64,000 nt of DNA from NCBI GenBank assembly GCA_964035545.1, contig OZ037767.1, positions 10,550,581 through 10,614,580 of the forward strand, written 5' to 3'. This stretch comes from Bugula neritina. Taxonomy: Eukaryota > Animalia > Bryozoa. Position numbers and translations under genes: made by a program. Each line of letters begins with the position of its first letter. The stretch's first letter is position 1. Below are positions 38,312 to 50,289 of the stretch, piece by piece. A model generated the notes under the pieces. It made no database searches and was not told where the DNA came from. It saw only the letters and a list, made by a program, of their open reading frames with translations.

Positions 38312-38796
38312 TTATTTGCCTGATGATTCTGCACAGCCATAATAATATGTAACTGTACATTTACATTTGCTGTCTGAGAAACTATCGTAATCATAACCCT
38401 TTCCTGAACAGAATGTCTTACAGTAGCTTTTTCCATCACAATCTCCTTATATTGGCACTAAAACTGTTGAAAAAAACAATTCATTTAGAGTACTTTGGCA
38501 AAATTAGTAACTTTATTTGTATGATGGTAAACTTTGTGACAGGGAGACAATGGCGTGCATGGAAGTATAAACATAAATAGTTGCATATGGTGAAGTTTGT
38601 AAAACTACATATCATAATAAGACATTGTGAAAATACAAACTTTGAAGCTAATCTCTGCATTCATTGTATATAAATATTCATTACAAAAATACTTTTTTTT
38701 TGATAATTTTGTTATTTCTGCATTACAGACTAACTTCAACTTACCCAAGGCGCTGATGACCATACTGACAATCACAATTACACTGAGAATCTTCAT
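38312..38796 (-). pseudogene. Cys-rich peptide copy A (near-identical to B, single nonsense codon)
   Basis: Exons 38796-38745 and 38463-38312. The Tyr TAT of copy B is TAA here (38449-38447), just before the mature peptide. A MITE also sits in its promoter. Confidence 0.8.
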
Positions 38797-39278
38797 GTTG
38801 TTTCAGTTTCTATAATATTATAGGTAAATAAATGAATGCTGATTAATATGCATATACATGTAGAAGAAAATCAGCTTTAAAATAAAACACAATACCTTTG
38901 ATCTAGAAATATTTAATTAAAACTAGAGAGTACCATATGTATATTTTTTTATATTAGTATTGGCCGTAACATTTGTTGTGATTATACACATGATAGTATG
39001 CAATTCATAATGTATTTTGCTGCCATAATTATATACGAAACATATGACTATAGATATTTCTTCAAAAACGTTCTAACAAAATAATAATATATTAAAACAT
39101 AATAAACTCACTAGACGCAATAAAAACATTTACCCGACTGTTTTAAACAAGCAATATGCATACAGGTGAACTTACCCGTAATTACTATCTGTGTCTGTTG
39201 CTTGTCAGAATATGAGCAATAAGAAAGCTAGCTGAAGCTTTTATATACAATTGGCAGGTTCAGTTTCAACCTTAGTTA

Positions 39279-39593
39279 GCCTTGGGCCACACGGTGCGTA
39301 TTTTCGCATGCAAAAATTGAAATCACAAGTAGCAAAGGTGTCGACTGTAGCGTCAGTAATGCGTGATAAATAAAGCTTTCATTTTTAAATCGCACTCGCT
39401 TTCAATAGAACGCAATTTGCTGGAATGTAGCACTAAATTAAAGAAATTGGGCTCGCTGAATAGCTACCAGCCAATTAGGTGATGATGACAGAGACGATTC
39501 GCACTTATCGCTCAGCATTTTCAACAGTGGACACCTTTGCTACTTGTGATTTCAATTTTCGCATGCGAAAATACGCACCGTGTGGCCCTAGGC
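39279..39593. mobile_element. PIF/Harbinger-type MITE (315 bp, ~65-bp TIRs, TTA TSD)
   Basis: GCCTTGGGCCACACGGTGCGTATTTTCGCATGC... / ...GCATGCGAAAATACGCACCGTGTGGCCCTAGGC, flanked by TTA on both sides. The empty site is visible in the other arm (~42560). Confidence 0.88.
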
Positions 39594-39939
39594 TTAGTTC
39601 GTAGCTTTCAGTTGATTGGTTGAGAATTGTTTCAAGTGGCAGAAACTATTATTTTGATATGGAATCTAATACATACAAAACAGTGTTACTTACAAAGAAT
39701 AATAATTGGTGTGAATAGAAACAGAGTTGATGCTGAGTAAAACAAGAACATGCTATGGAGTGCTAAATTTTACACTCATTTATGTATCTCATGTTCCCAC
39801 AAAAACACTATCAGATGTCTATAATAACTAGGAGATTATATGTTGTATTATATTCACATGGTGTTTGTAGGACAGGATAGTTGGTGATGAACAAAACAAC
39901 AATATGCAATACAATTACAGTAAGTAAGTATAAAAGTTA

Positions 39940-40349
39940 TCCCCTATTCACACTTTGCCGTACTGTACGCCGTAACAGCAAATGTCTGCCATCTTCGATA
40001 ACATTCAGGCTGAATCGTATACAGGTATACTTTGCGGAGTTGATCAAGCGGTGCTTGATTCAAAAAATCCCTATGTGTAGAGTTGATCTGGTACTAAAAT
40101 TTAAAGAATATTTTCCGCTAGTCAATAACGTTTCTATCATATTTTTTGAGAAAAATTGTGCGAAATAATTTGTGGATAATATCCAAAGGCGTACAAGTCA
40201 CTGCATATCCAAAGACAAGAATTAGCTTTATTATGATTGGTCACAGCTCAACGTCATGCGTACTTTTTTCAGTGTGTGAACGCATGTAGACTAAACGTAA
40301 CAGCGGCGCCATTTTGTTTGTGCTGTTATGGCTAAGCGTGAATAGAAGG
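39940..40349. mobile_element. PIF/Harbinger-type MITE (~410 bp, TTA TSD); truncated inverted copy at 41265-41456
   Basis: Ends TCCCCTATTCACAC / GCGTGAATAGAAGG flanked by TTA. The paralogous segment at ~48535-48560 (agtaagtatgaaacTTAcagtgttcggct) shows the empty site. Confidence 0.78.
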
Positions 40350-41480
40350 TTACAGTGTTTGGCTACCTACAAAATCTCAATAATAATGATTAACAACACA
40401 CTGCTGGTTACGAAAATGAAGTTCAAACAGATAGAAAACAGCTAACATTAGGGGTGTACATATTACCGTACCACAATGTATAACTTGGGTTACTCAGGCT
40501 TATAGCTACATCCAATAAAACACACATAGTGACATTGCTCTAGAATGTTTTGTAAAATATAGATAATATGTTTAATGTGCAGCTGTGTGCTTTTGCAAAA
40601 TTTGAATTATGAAATTAGGATTCCGTACCTTAATCAAATGACAAAGAATGATCAATCAAACAAGTTTGTGATAATTATATCTCAATCTGTATCAATATTT
40701 AACAATATAGGAGAATTGATATTTAATACTGACAATAAAAACAATCTAATGGTGTTTCTATATTCAGCTACTACAATATATTAAATAACACTTCAAATTC
40801 ATTTACCAGAGTTATTCTTATTACAATCACATTACCCATTTTTGATGACTAGATCATATTCTACTGTAGATATATTTTTTCATTTACTGCCAAATTACTT
40901 CTGAAAACCGAATATCACTAAAACGCAAGAACTTTATCACTTAGTAATTAGGGTCAGAATTAAAAACCTTTTATTGTTTAATAAAAATGTAAACTGATAA
41001 ATGTTGTTCATTGTTTAACACAATAATGAGTATATAGTTAGATATTACATCTCTTTCAGAACATTCAAGGCTACCATGATGATGAGTTTGAACAACTAAA
41101 GGTTGTTCTGTGATGCTACTTAATGCAGGTTTTAATCTCTGATGCTTGCTGTTTGCAACTCGCCTCTTTTCATCAGATTTTTGCATATACTAATAAATTT
41201 TGTTTAAGTTGCTTTACATGAATGAATACTGCATGTATATTTCATTTTCTGTTGTTTTACTTTCAGCGGAAAATATTCTTTGATTTTTAGTACCAGATCA
41301 ACTCTACGCAATAGGAGCCTCACGAAATTTTTTGAATCAAGCACTGCTTGATCAACTCCGCAAAGTATACATGTATACGATTCAGCCTGAATGTTATCAA
41401 AGATGGCAGACATTTGCTGTTACGGCGTACAGTAGGGCAAAGTGTGAATAGGGGATAACTTTTATACTTACTTACTGTAA

Positions 41481-42219
41481 TGGGGCTGCCACACTACAGT
41501 CGAAACGCAACTGTGAACGCCTCTGTGATGTCACAACTGTCTGATATCTGAACGCAACTGTCAGTTTTTCGCGATGCGATGAAAGTTCGACATGTCAACT
41601 TCAGCGATCAGCCTATCACTGACTGGCCAGGTAAGCCCTGATTGGTCAAGTGCTTTCACTTATTTTACCTGCTACTATAAGCCAGCATTATTATTTGAGT
41701 TGGTTCTTCGAAAATTATATTATTTTACTTTTAAAATAATTAGGATGAAGTTATGTATGAAAATCTTAATAAATTATGAAAATAACTATTTATTAGATAA
41801 ATTTTGCTGAACTTTATCTGCATATTTATTTTTTGTAATTTGGTTGACTTTTATTAGCGTATTTAGTTCTTTAGGCTAGTGGATGAGCTAATAAAGTTAA
41901 ATAAAGCTAGTAATTTTGAATAATTGAAGCTGGTAAATTAAAATACAATTGTCTAGTAAATCTTATTAAATTGTGCCAGTAAATCTCAATAAATCGCGCT
42001 AAATTTGATTGTTGGTTACTGCGGATACTGCAGAAACTGAGTTATGGCATTCCTATTGGTTAAAAGTTTACTACCGGGCTGGAGACAGTTAGCGTTCATC
42101 GTTTGTAGTGTGAACTGTAGTGTGACCAGCAAAAAGTAGGACAAGAACGTTGAATGTATGCCCGAGCAGCTCCAAAATAGCTGCCACAGTCGAGTTTCGA
42201 CGGTAGTGTGTCATGGGCA
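41481..42219. mobile_element. PIF/Harbinger-type MITE (~740 bp, TAA TSD)
   Basis: Imperfect TIRs containing CACACTACxGTCGAAACxCxACTGTG; TAA duplicated at 41478-80 and 42220-22. The empty site is in the other arm (~39915). Confidence 0.82.
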
Positions 42220-42534
42220 TAATTGTATTGCATATTGTTGTTTTATTCATCACCAGCTATTCTGTTCATGACATCTCTACAAACACCATGCGAATATAAT
42301 ACAACATATAATCTCTTAGTTATTATAGAGATTTGGGAGTGTTTTTGTGGAAATATGAGATACATAAATGAGTGTACTATTTAGCACTCCATAGCATGTT
42401 CTTGTTTTACTCATCATTCACTCTTATGTCTACAATATTTCTACTTACATTAATTATTATGTTTGTAAGTAACACTGTTTTGTATGTATAAGACTCCATA
42501 TCAAAATAATAGTTTCTGCCACTTGGAACAGTTC

Positions 42535-42670
42535 TCAACCAATCAACTGAAAGCTACGAACTAACTAAGGTTGAAACTGAACCTGCAAATTGTATATAAA
42601 AGCTTCAGCTAGCTTTCTTATTGCTCATATTCTGACAAGTAACAGACACAGATAGTAACTACAGGTAAGT
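42535..42670 (+). promoter_or_regulatory. Core promoter and non-coding first exon of peptide gene B
   Basis: CCAAT at ~42539, TATATAAAAG at 42593-42602, Inr-like TCATATT ~30 nt downstream, donor CAG|GTAAGT at 42664. The layout is conserved at A (~39175-39250), C (~45715-45790) and F (~58863-58940). Confidence 0.7.
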
Positions 42671-43042
42671 TCACCTGTACGCATATTGCTTGTTTAAAAC
42701 AGTCGGGTAAATGTTTTTATAGCGTCTAGTGAGTTTATCATGTTTCAATATATTAATATTTTGTTAGAACGTTTTTGAAGAAATAGTTTTAGTCATATGT
42801 TTCGTATATAACTATGGCAGCAAGATACATTATGTATTGCTTACTATCATGTGTATAATCACAACAAATGTTACAGACAATACTAATAAAAAAAATTATA
42901 TGGTACTCTTTAGTTTTAATTAAATGTTTCTAGATCAAAGATATTGTGTTTTATTTTAAAGCTGATTTTCTTCTACATGCATATGTATATTAATCAGCAT
43001 CTATATAATATTTACCTATAATATTATAGAAACTGAATCAAC

Positions 43043-43523
43043 ATGAAGATTCTCAGTGTAATTGTGATTGTCAGTATGGTCATCAGCGCACTGGGTAAGT
43101 TAAACTTAGTTTGTAATGCAGAAATAACAAAATTATCAAAAAATTAGTTTTGTAATGAATATTTATATACAATGAATGCAGAGATTAGCCTCAAATTTTG
43201 TATTTCCACAATGTTTTATCATATTATGTAGTTTCACAAACTTTACCGTATGCAACTCTTTACGTTACTTCCATGCACGGCATTGTCTCCCTGTCGCAAA
43301 GTTTACCATCATACAAATAAAGTTACTAACTTTGCCAAAGTACTCTAACTGAATTGTTCTTGTTTCAACAGTTTTAGTGCCAATATATGGAGATTGTGAT
43401 GGAAAAAGCTACTGTAAGACATTCTGTTCAGGAAAGGGTTATGATTACGATAGCTTCTCAGACAGCAAATGTAAATGTACAGTTACATATTATTATGGCT
43501 GTGCAGAATCATCAGGCAAATAA
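43043..43523 (+). CDS. Secreted six-cysteine defensin-like peptide precursor, copy B (intact, 67 aa)
   Basis: Exons 43043-43094 and 43372-43523 (phase-1 GT-AG intron): MKILSVIVIVSMVISALVLVPIYG-DCDGKSYCKTFCSGKGYDYDSFSDSKCKCTVTYYYGCAESSGK*. Hydrophobic signal peptide; spacing C-x5-C-x3-C-x14-C-x-C-x7-C. Confidence 0.85.
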
Positions 43524-44749
43524 TCCTTGACCTGGCTTTCACCTTTCAGTTAAAAACATAAATGTATTTATCTGATTACATTTGTTTAAGACAATAAATC
43601 TGTCATATGCTGATTAATTTTGTTGTAAAACTAAATATTTCACAAATAAAAGCAATATAAAATGCAAGTGTTGGCTTCCAATTGTTTTAATTTCTCTGTA
43701 AAAATAGGCTGCATGTTTAGTGATGAATATTCCACGTTATTTAAGTCTAAATCTGAGGCATTCCAGTTTATGTTTTAGCCTCTAAGGCAGAAACTTGAAG
43801 CTATATCAATAAATAGCTAAGCAAGTTCACCTTAACCTCTAAACAGCAATTTAGAAAGAAAATAGCTCTATAATGCTCAAAAATTTATTTTACATTCCCA
43901 ATACAGTTCTTGAATGATTAAAAAAATGTATAACAATTAACATAATTTGTATACAGTATGTATCATGTTATATCTTTTGTCATCTCAAAATAAGAGCTCT
44001 TGTGTAAATCAGTTCTTTTTCAATTGCTGAATATTTGCTTTATATCTTCACAGACATAATATTTTGGAATGCAACCATATAATCAAAGATAGGAGGGAAA
44101 ATTATTTTAAAGTAGTAAGAATTATTTAAGAATGTTCAGAAGTAAGTAATTTGGAGAGAAAAGATGAGAATTAATCAAGATGGCTACACCAATTCAATCT
44201 ATGCAACAAATTTAAATTGGCACTCTTGTACTTCATTATAGTTAGTAACAAATACAAACACATACTATTATAACAGCTTCTGTACAAGAAAGTTGTTTCT
44301 GGAAAATATAACATATTTATAAACCATATCATATAACAAGACTCTATTTTTACATTATAGGCTACTATTTTATTGCTTATAAATGTCAAGTTATATTTCT
44401 ACAGATATACAAGTAGGTTAATCAAGAAATTGTGAGTTCAGATTAATTTCACCCTCAAGCAAAATTAAATGAAGTTCACTGTAACTTGCACTTCAAAGTT
44501 TTATAAAAGAAATGCAGCAGAGCTATATTAGAAACAACTTTAACATTATCGTCGAACAATTTAATTTGCTGATCACCAAAGAATTAGCAGCAATTGAGCA
44601 AGTGTTTTAGCATCCCATGTGCCACTGTTTTTATTGTGCAAAACAAATGTCTTACAAAAAAAAACAGCGTATTACCTTTAAAAAAGAAAGTATTCAAACA
44701 ACCAGAAAAGCTGTTCGTTAAAAACTGAAAGCCATAATTAGCTCAAGGA

Positions 44750-45227
44750 CTAGTTGCTTGAGCTACTAGCACTACCATTTTAGTATTTAGTGATGGCAAT
44801 GCATATACATTCTTTTCCATTGAAACTATAATAGCCTACTTAGTATTCTTGCGTTAGCAGAGTGATCTACAAGAATCCTTTCCAGTGTAGTGTTGGTACT
44901 GTAAAAAGAAATAGAACACAGGTTATTAACATTGACCATATTGGTAGATTTATTTGAATAATGCTAAATTTTGTAGCAAGGAGGCAAGACAGGAGGTGAA
45001 AGTAATATGAATAGTAGAATTTGTAAAGTTATATAGTGAAAACCAAAAGTTTGAGGCTAATCTCTCTGCATTGGATTTGTATTAATATTTAGCAGAAATA
45101 TATTTATTGTTGAAGTTACAGATATATAAAAATTAATTTTCTATTTCTGTACTACAAACCAACAATTTAACTTACCTAATGCACTGATGACTATACTGAC
45201 AATCACAATTACACTGATAATCTTCAT
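44750..45227 (-). pseudogene. Cys-rich peptide copy C (frameshifts and stops)
   Basis: Signal exon 45227-45176 (MKIISVIVIVSIVISAL) is intact. Exon from 44898 reads ..GKDSCRSLC*RKNTK*..YYSFNGKECIC..KY*, out of frame with the signal exon. Confidence 0.75.
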
Positions 45228-46199
45228 GTTGACTCCGTTTTTATAACATTATAGGTAGATATTATATGGCCTATAGATGTTTTTGTATACGTAAAAAAAT
45301 GTAAGCTTCAAAACGTAATACCCTTCATAAAAAGCAATTTGCTATTAAATTTCTAAAGAGCGTTTTAAAAAGTTGCTTGATAATAGTTATTCGTTTGCAA
45401 CTATAGTTTTTCTGTATAGTCAAAATTGCTTACAGGTACTTTCAAAAAAAATTTTGTTTTCTTATTTCCAAATTAAAGTAAGGATTGCTACGATGTTTTA
45501 CTTTTGTTTTTTGTGCAATTTGTTTAGAAAGCCAGTACATAATGGTTGTTTCTTAAAAGTCATATCTAAATATGATATATTTGATCGAAATAATAATTTT
45601 AAAGTAGCAAATAAAAAAATTAAAATATGATAAACATGCTAGATGTAAAAAATAGTATAATAATAATTGTATGAATTAGAACATATTTTGAGCAAATCTG
45701 CTTATATGTGAACTTACCTGTAAATACTATATGTGTTTAATACTGGTCAGAATATAAGCAATAAGAAAGTTAGTTAAAACTTTTGTATACAACTTTTAGT
45801 TCAGTTTCAACTTTAGTTTTAACATTCAGTTGATTGGCGATCAGTGACTGCCAACTATGTGAAGCTATTGTTTTGTCGTTACAGAATCATCTATCTGCAG
45901 CATAAACAGTGTGACCTTCATCATTCTCAGGTGTTCCGGTTAGTAACCGCCAACTAAACATAATTTTTATTCGACATAATGCCTGATCAATACAGCTATA
46001 TTACTTTGAACTCATATCCTGAGATTGTCATCATTACAATGGCATCCTTTTTATTTGGCCAGATCACATTGTTTTTATATCTGATGACTATAGATCATAG
46101 TATATACTAAACATGCAGTCAAAATTAATTGGGGGAAAATGAAGATTGAGAACAAGAACCTCATCACATAGTATTTAGTTTCATAATCTCAAGTACTAT

Positions 46200-46294
46200 G
46201 AAAAATAATTGCCCCACTAGGATTCGAACCACAGACCTCTGGTTTTGAAAGCAGGCATGCTAAACCATTACACCACAGGGGCTACTTGGTAAAC
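46200..46294 (-). repeat. tRNA-like unit of the same family as 50722-51043
   Basis: Reverse complement GTTTACCAAGTAGCCCCTGTGGTGTAATGGTTTAGCA...GGTTCGAATCCTAGTGGGGCAATTATTTTT shares the flanks as well as the tRNA-like core. Confidence 0.65.
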
Positions 46295-47018
46295 ACAACA
46301 CTACATACTATATTATGACGTTTGAAAATGATATATATATATATAAGTTAATAAACTGATGAAAAGCTGTCACTAGGTGTTTGACTAAATAGTTTTTGCT
46401 GTGAAATATTTTCTATGTTAATTTAATGCTTTTTGCAATAAAAGCAGTAGCACATAAAATGCGCAAATGTTTTTGTTCCAATTGTTTTCTTTTTTTTCAA
46501 AATAAACTAAATTTTAGTAGTGAATTTAAAGTCAGTTTTCTTTTGGTTTAAACTTAAAGTGGCAATTATATACAGTAAAAATCCTTCACTGTGGACTAAC
46601 AATGGAGTTAAAATCATTATTGTACTCGTAGCTATATTATATAACTTCACCAGTTATACATGTTTATTCAGCCATAGTTTATATTATTTGATTATAGTTC
46701 TGCTACAAGTCCCAGTCAATGCTTTATTATCATCTTATTCGACACACTCACTCAACGGTTGACTTTTTTTGCACTCATAATAACATATTTTATTAATTTT
46801 AGAAAGATGTTGTAATACGATGCTATTGTAAAATTGTTTTCCTCTGGCCATTTGCGTATCTACAATTTCTTACATTTTCTTACTTGTGTAGACTATGAAT
46901 GTGCAACAATAAAGCAGCAATCTCACCAGTTAACACAACAAACACTACATTGTTTTTCAAATAATTTTTTTTAATCAAAGGGCAATAAGGTGGGCGTGCC
47001 AACATGCAAAAATGGGCG

Positions 47019-47168
47019 GGTGTGTGTGTGTGTGTGCGTGTGTGCGTGTGTGTGTGTGTGCGTGTGTGCGTGTGTGCGTGTGTGCGTGTGTGCGTGTGTG
47101 CGTGTGTGTGTGGGTGTGTGTACATGTGTGTGCATGTGTGTGTGTGCATGTGTGTGCATGTGCGCGCA
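47019..47168 (+). repeat. (GT)n / (GCGTGT)n microsatellite
   Basis: Directly visible; source of the HT/VC-repeat ORFs. Confidence 0.95.
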
Positions 47169-47839
47169 AGTGCCCGCGTGAGTGAGCAGGTACGTTTTAT
47201 TAGAACAAACAAATCTGATATTTCGGGCACCTCTGTTTCCATCTTCAGAGTAACAATGAATGATCACAATTCAAAAGTTATGCGTTAAACACTATGCATG
47301 ACATAAAGTATAGAGGGTGGAAGTTATTTCAGATTATTTAAACTGAGGTTGATAATCTCATTTTATATTACATTAGTCAAAACAAATTCTACAGATTTCT
47401 TTAAGGAAACGGAATAGCTGGGTTGATAGTATATAAAGAGTAGGAACTGAGAGTTATGCCTAAACTACTGCAAGAATATGCACTTTGGCTGAATATATAT
47501 TTGGTGAAGTTAGCTTAGAACTGTACAGAAACATTGATGCGAGTGAACTTATGTTGGCACTGTAGTCACATTACATGTGCATACACTGGTGTGACAACTC
47601 CGTATAACAGCTGATGTCTTGTCACTTCACTCTTCACTGCTGTCATCAAACTATTCAATTTTTCTGGCAGTAAAATTAAACAATCTAATTAATACAAGTT
47701 GTTTTTATTAGTGAAATATTGGATTTATATATCAAAAGTAATCAAAAGCAAAAAAGAACTGTTGTCACAAACAAAAAATGTAGTCAAATGAACAAAAATA
47801 TTGCTAGCTGAAAAGTGAAAGCCATAATTAGGTCAAAGA

Positions 47840-47977
47840 TCACCTACTCAAAAATTCACCATAACCATAAGCAAATGTAACGCTACATATATATCTGCTG
47901 TTCATCGTAATTCTTTTTTGCACAAAATTACTTGCAGAAGCTTTTACCATCACAAGCCCCATTTGTTGGTACTAAAA
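47840..47977 (-). pseudogene. Cys-rich peptide copy D (orphan mature-peptide exon)
   Basis: VLVPTNGACDGKSFCK*FCAKKNYD, then a frameshift. No signal exon found upstream. Confidence 0.75.
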
Positions 47978-50289
47978 CTGTTAAAAAATACAAAATTTAG
48001 TTAAAGTAGTTTGACAAAATTAGTTAATTTATATTTTGGACATTTTTAACATTTGTGACAGGGCGACATTGCAGTACATGGAAGGAACATACAGGATTGC
48101 GTAGCAAAGCTTATAGATCCTACATATAATAAAACATTGTGGAAATATAAAATCTGACACAAATTATATAACACCTGTATTGGTTTATATAAGTATATTA
48201 CTAATTATTAGTGAAACCTTTTATAATTTCTATAATAGTCATGCATAATACTGTTTTTAAAGATTACAATGAAAAATGCCCATTAATTTAATAACATATG
48301 GCATCTAATTCCAATTATCATATTCAAGAGAACTTTATATGCTAAGACTTTAGAAGAATACTTAGCTAAAATTTGGAATAACTGCTTATACTATTACCAT
48401 GAAACAGAGGTTTGCTATATATTGAAAGTAGCTATAGGAGATTACCTTGTACTATATTCACATGGTGTTTGTATAGATGTCATGGACAGGATAATTGGTG
48501 ATGAGTAAAACAGCAATATGCAATATAGTTACAGTAAGTATGAAACTTACAGTGTTCGGCTGCCAACGCAATCTCAATAATAATCATTAACGTACTACTG
48601 TAAAAGAAGGTGAGGTCCAAACAGATAAACATGCAGCTAGCATATGCATATGCATCACCATAACACAATGTAAAGTTTAGGTTACTCAGGCATATATAGC
48701 TGCGTCGAGGTATATAAGTCGTAGTTTCAACCAGTCTATATCTGCATCCAGTTAAAACACATATCATGACATTGTTCTAGAATGCTCTGCTAAGAACATG
48801 ATATGTTCTATAGACCTTTTACAGAGGTTCATGATATTCTCTTTACAATTAGGAGTTGTGTTCTCCTAAAGTGAATAAGTTGAACCTTTGTATAAAGAGC
48901 AAACTCATCAAAAGTTTAAAATTTGACTGCTACTTAAAATTCTAATTATGCTATAGAATTGTTATTTTATGAGATACGTATTTTGGTATAAGCATACATT
49001 GTACATATTGGCAGTTCAAAAAAAATTTTAAAAATATCTTTTCATGGATAATTTTGACGGAAATAAACTTGAAAGATGCATTTTTGTGGTTTTGGTTATT
49101 ACTGAGCAATGCTAAAGTGGCAATCTAGCATTGCTCAGCAACCAAAACCATAAAAACGAGTTCATGTCTATTTTCCTCAACAAATTTCATTTTGCGAGAC
49201 CACAACTCTTAACTGTAAGGAGGACATTAAGAACCTCTGAAACGGGTCTATTTGCAGCCGTGTGTTTTTGCAAAAGAAGTTCGATAAATGTCTATTATAT
49301 ATATTATCCCCAAATAATTTTAATAATGAAATATAGATCACGTGAGCCTTGATCAAATGGCAAATAATAATTGATCAGACTAGTGTGTTTATGGTGATTA
49401 TATTTCAATTATTTTGATGTTAAACAATAGAGAAATTATATTTAGTATACTGACAAAAGAGGCCACCTAAGGACAATCAATATTAATCATGTTATACCAA
49501 GGTCATCCTTACTACAATAACATATTATCTGTGATTGCCAGAACATAATATATAAGTTCTACTAAAAACTATATTTTCATCTGTAGTCAAATGTAGTTCT
49601 GGAAATTGAATTATATTGCTACAATGCAAGAACCTTATCACATCGTAGTAAGTGTCAGAATTTTATAAATTCTTACTTTTCTATTGTTCCATGGTGATAA
49701 AATGTAAATTGATGAATTTATAAATAGTTATTTCTTATTTGACATAGCGAGTGTGCATATGTATGGGTCATTTTATTTAATATTGTAATAATTTCCAGGA
49801 TTATCATATTGAGGTGGATTCTAATGTGTGCAATTATTGTATCAGTCGAATTACGTAACTTAGTAGAACTACCCAAGCTTTTAACGTGAAGAAGAGTATA
49901 AGTATATTTCATACAAATATATAAACAGATCACATCTAGTTACTCTGACTTAATGTAGGAAAAAGGTAGTACTGTACAAAACGTCGTCCGTGTGCTATCA
50001 ACTACATTTCCTAACTAACTGTCCGGAAGCTATCTGCTTAGTCGGGGGTAATCACGTTCCTCAACGTGATTGGAGACTCCTATAGTCTATCGTGCCCCTG
50101 CATCCTAATTATATTTATATATATATATTATTATTGCTATATATGAGTTTACATAACAAAAATCAATCACATAATAGTTCAAAGTATTTCAGACAGCACA
50201 TTTAAGTTATACGATATCGATTAGACAAAAGAAGTTATTCGTATTATATACAATCATAAAAATTTGTTCATTCGGTAAAAGAGAATCAC

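Larger units (their letters stand above)
38031..43803. repeat. Large inverted duplication: arms 38031-40119 and 41265-43803, ~1.15 kb spacer
   Basis: The arms are reverse complements with only scattered mismatches, apart from one arm-specific MITE each. Each arm carries one peptide gene (A, B), transcribed divergently. Confidence 0.92.

Noticed and set aside
39881-41413. Paired ORFs sharing RVDLVLK.KEYFPL
   Set aside because: Chance frames within the duplicated MITE sequence; no transposase motifs.
46880-47288. HT/VC-rich ORFs in five frames
   Set aside because: (GT)n microsatellite artefacts.
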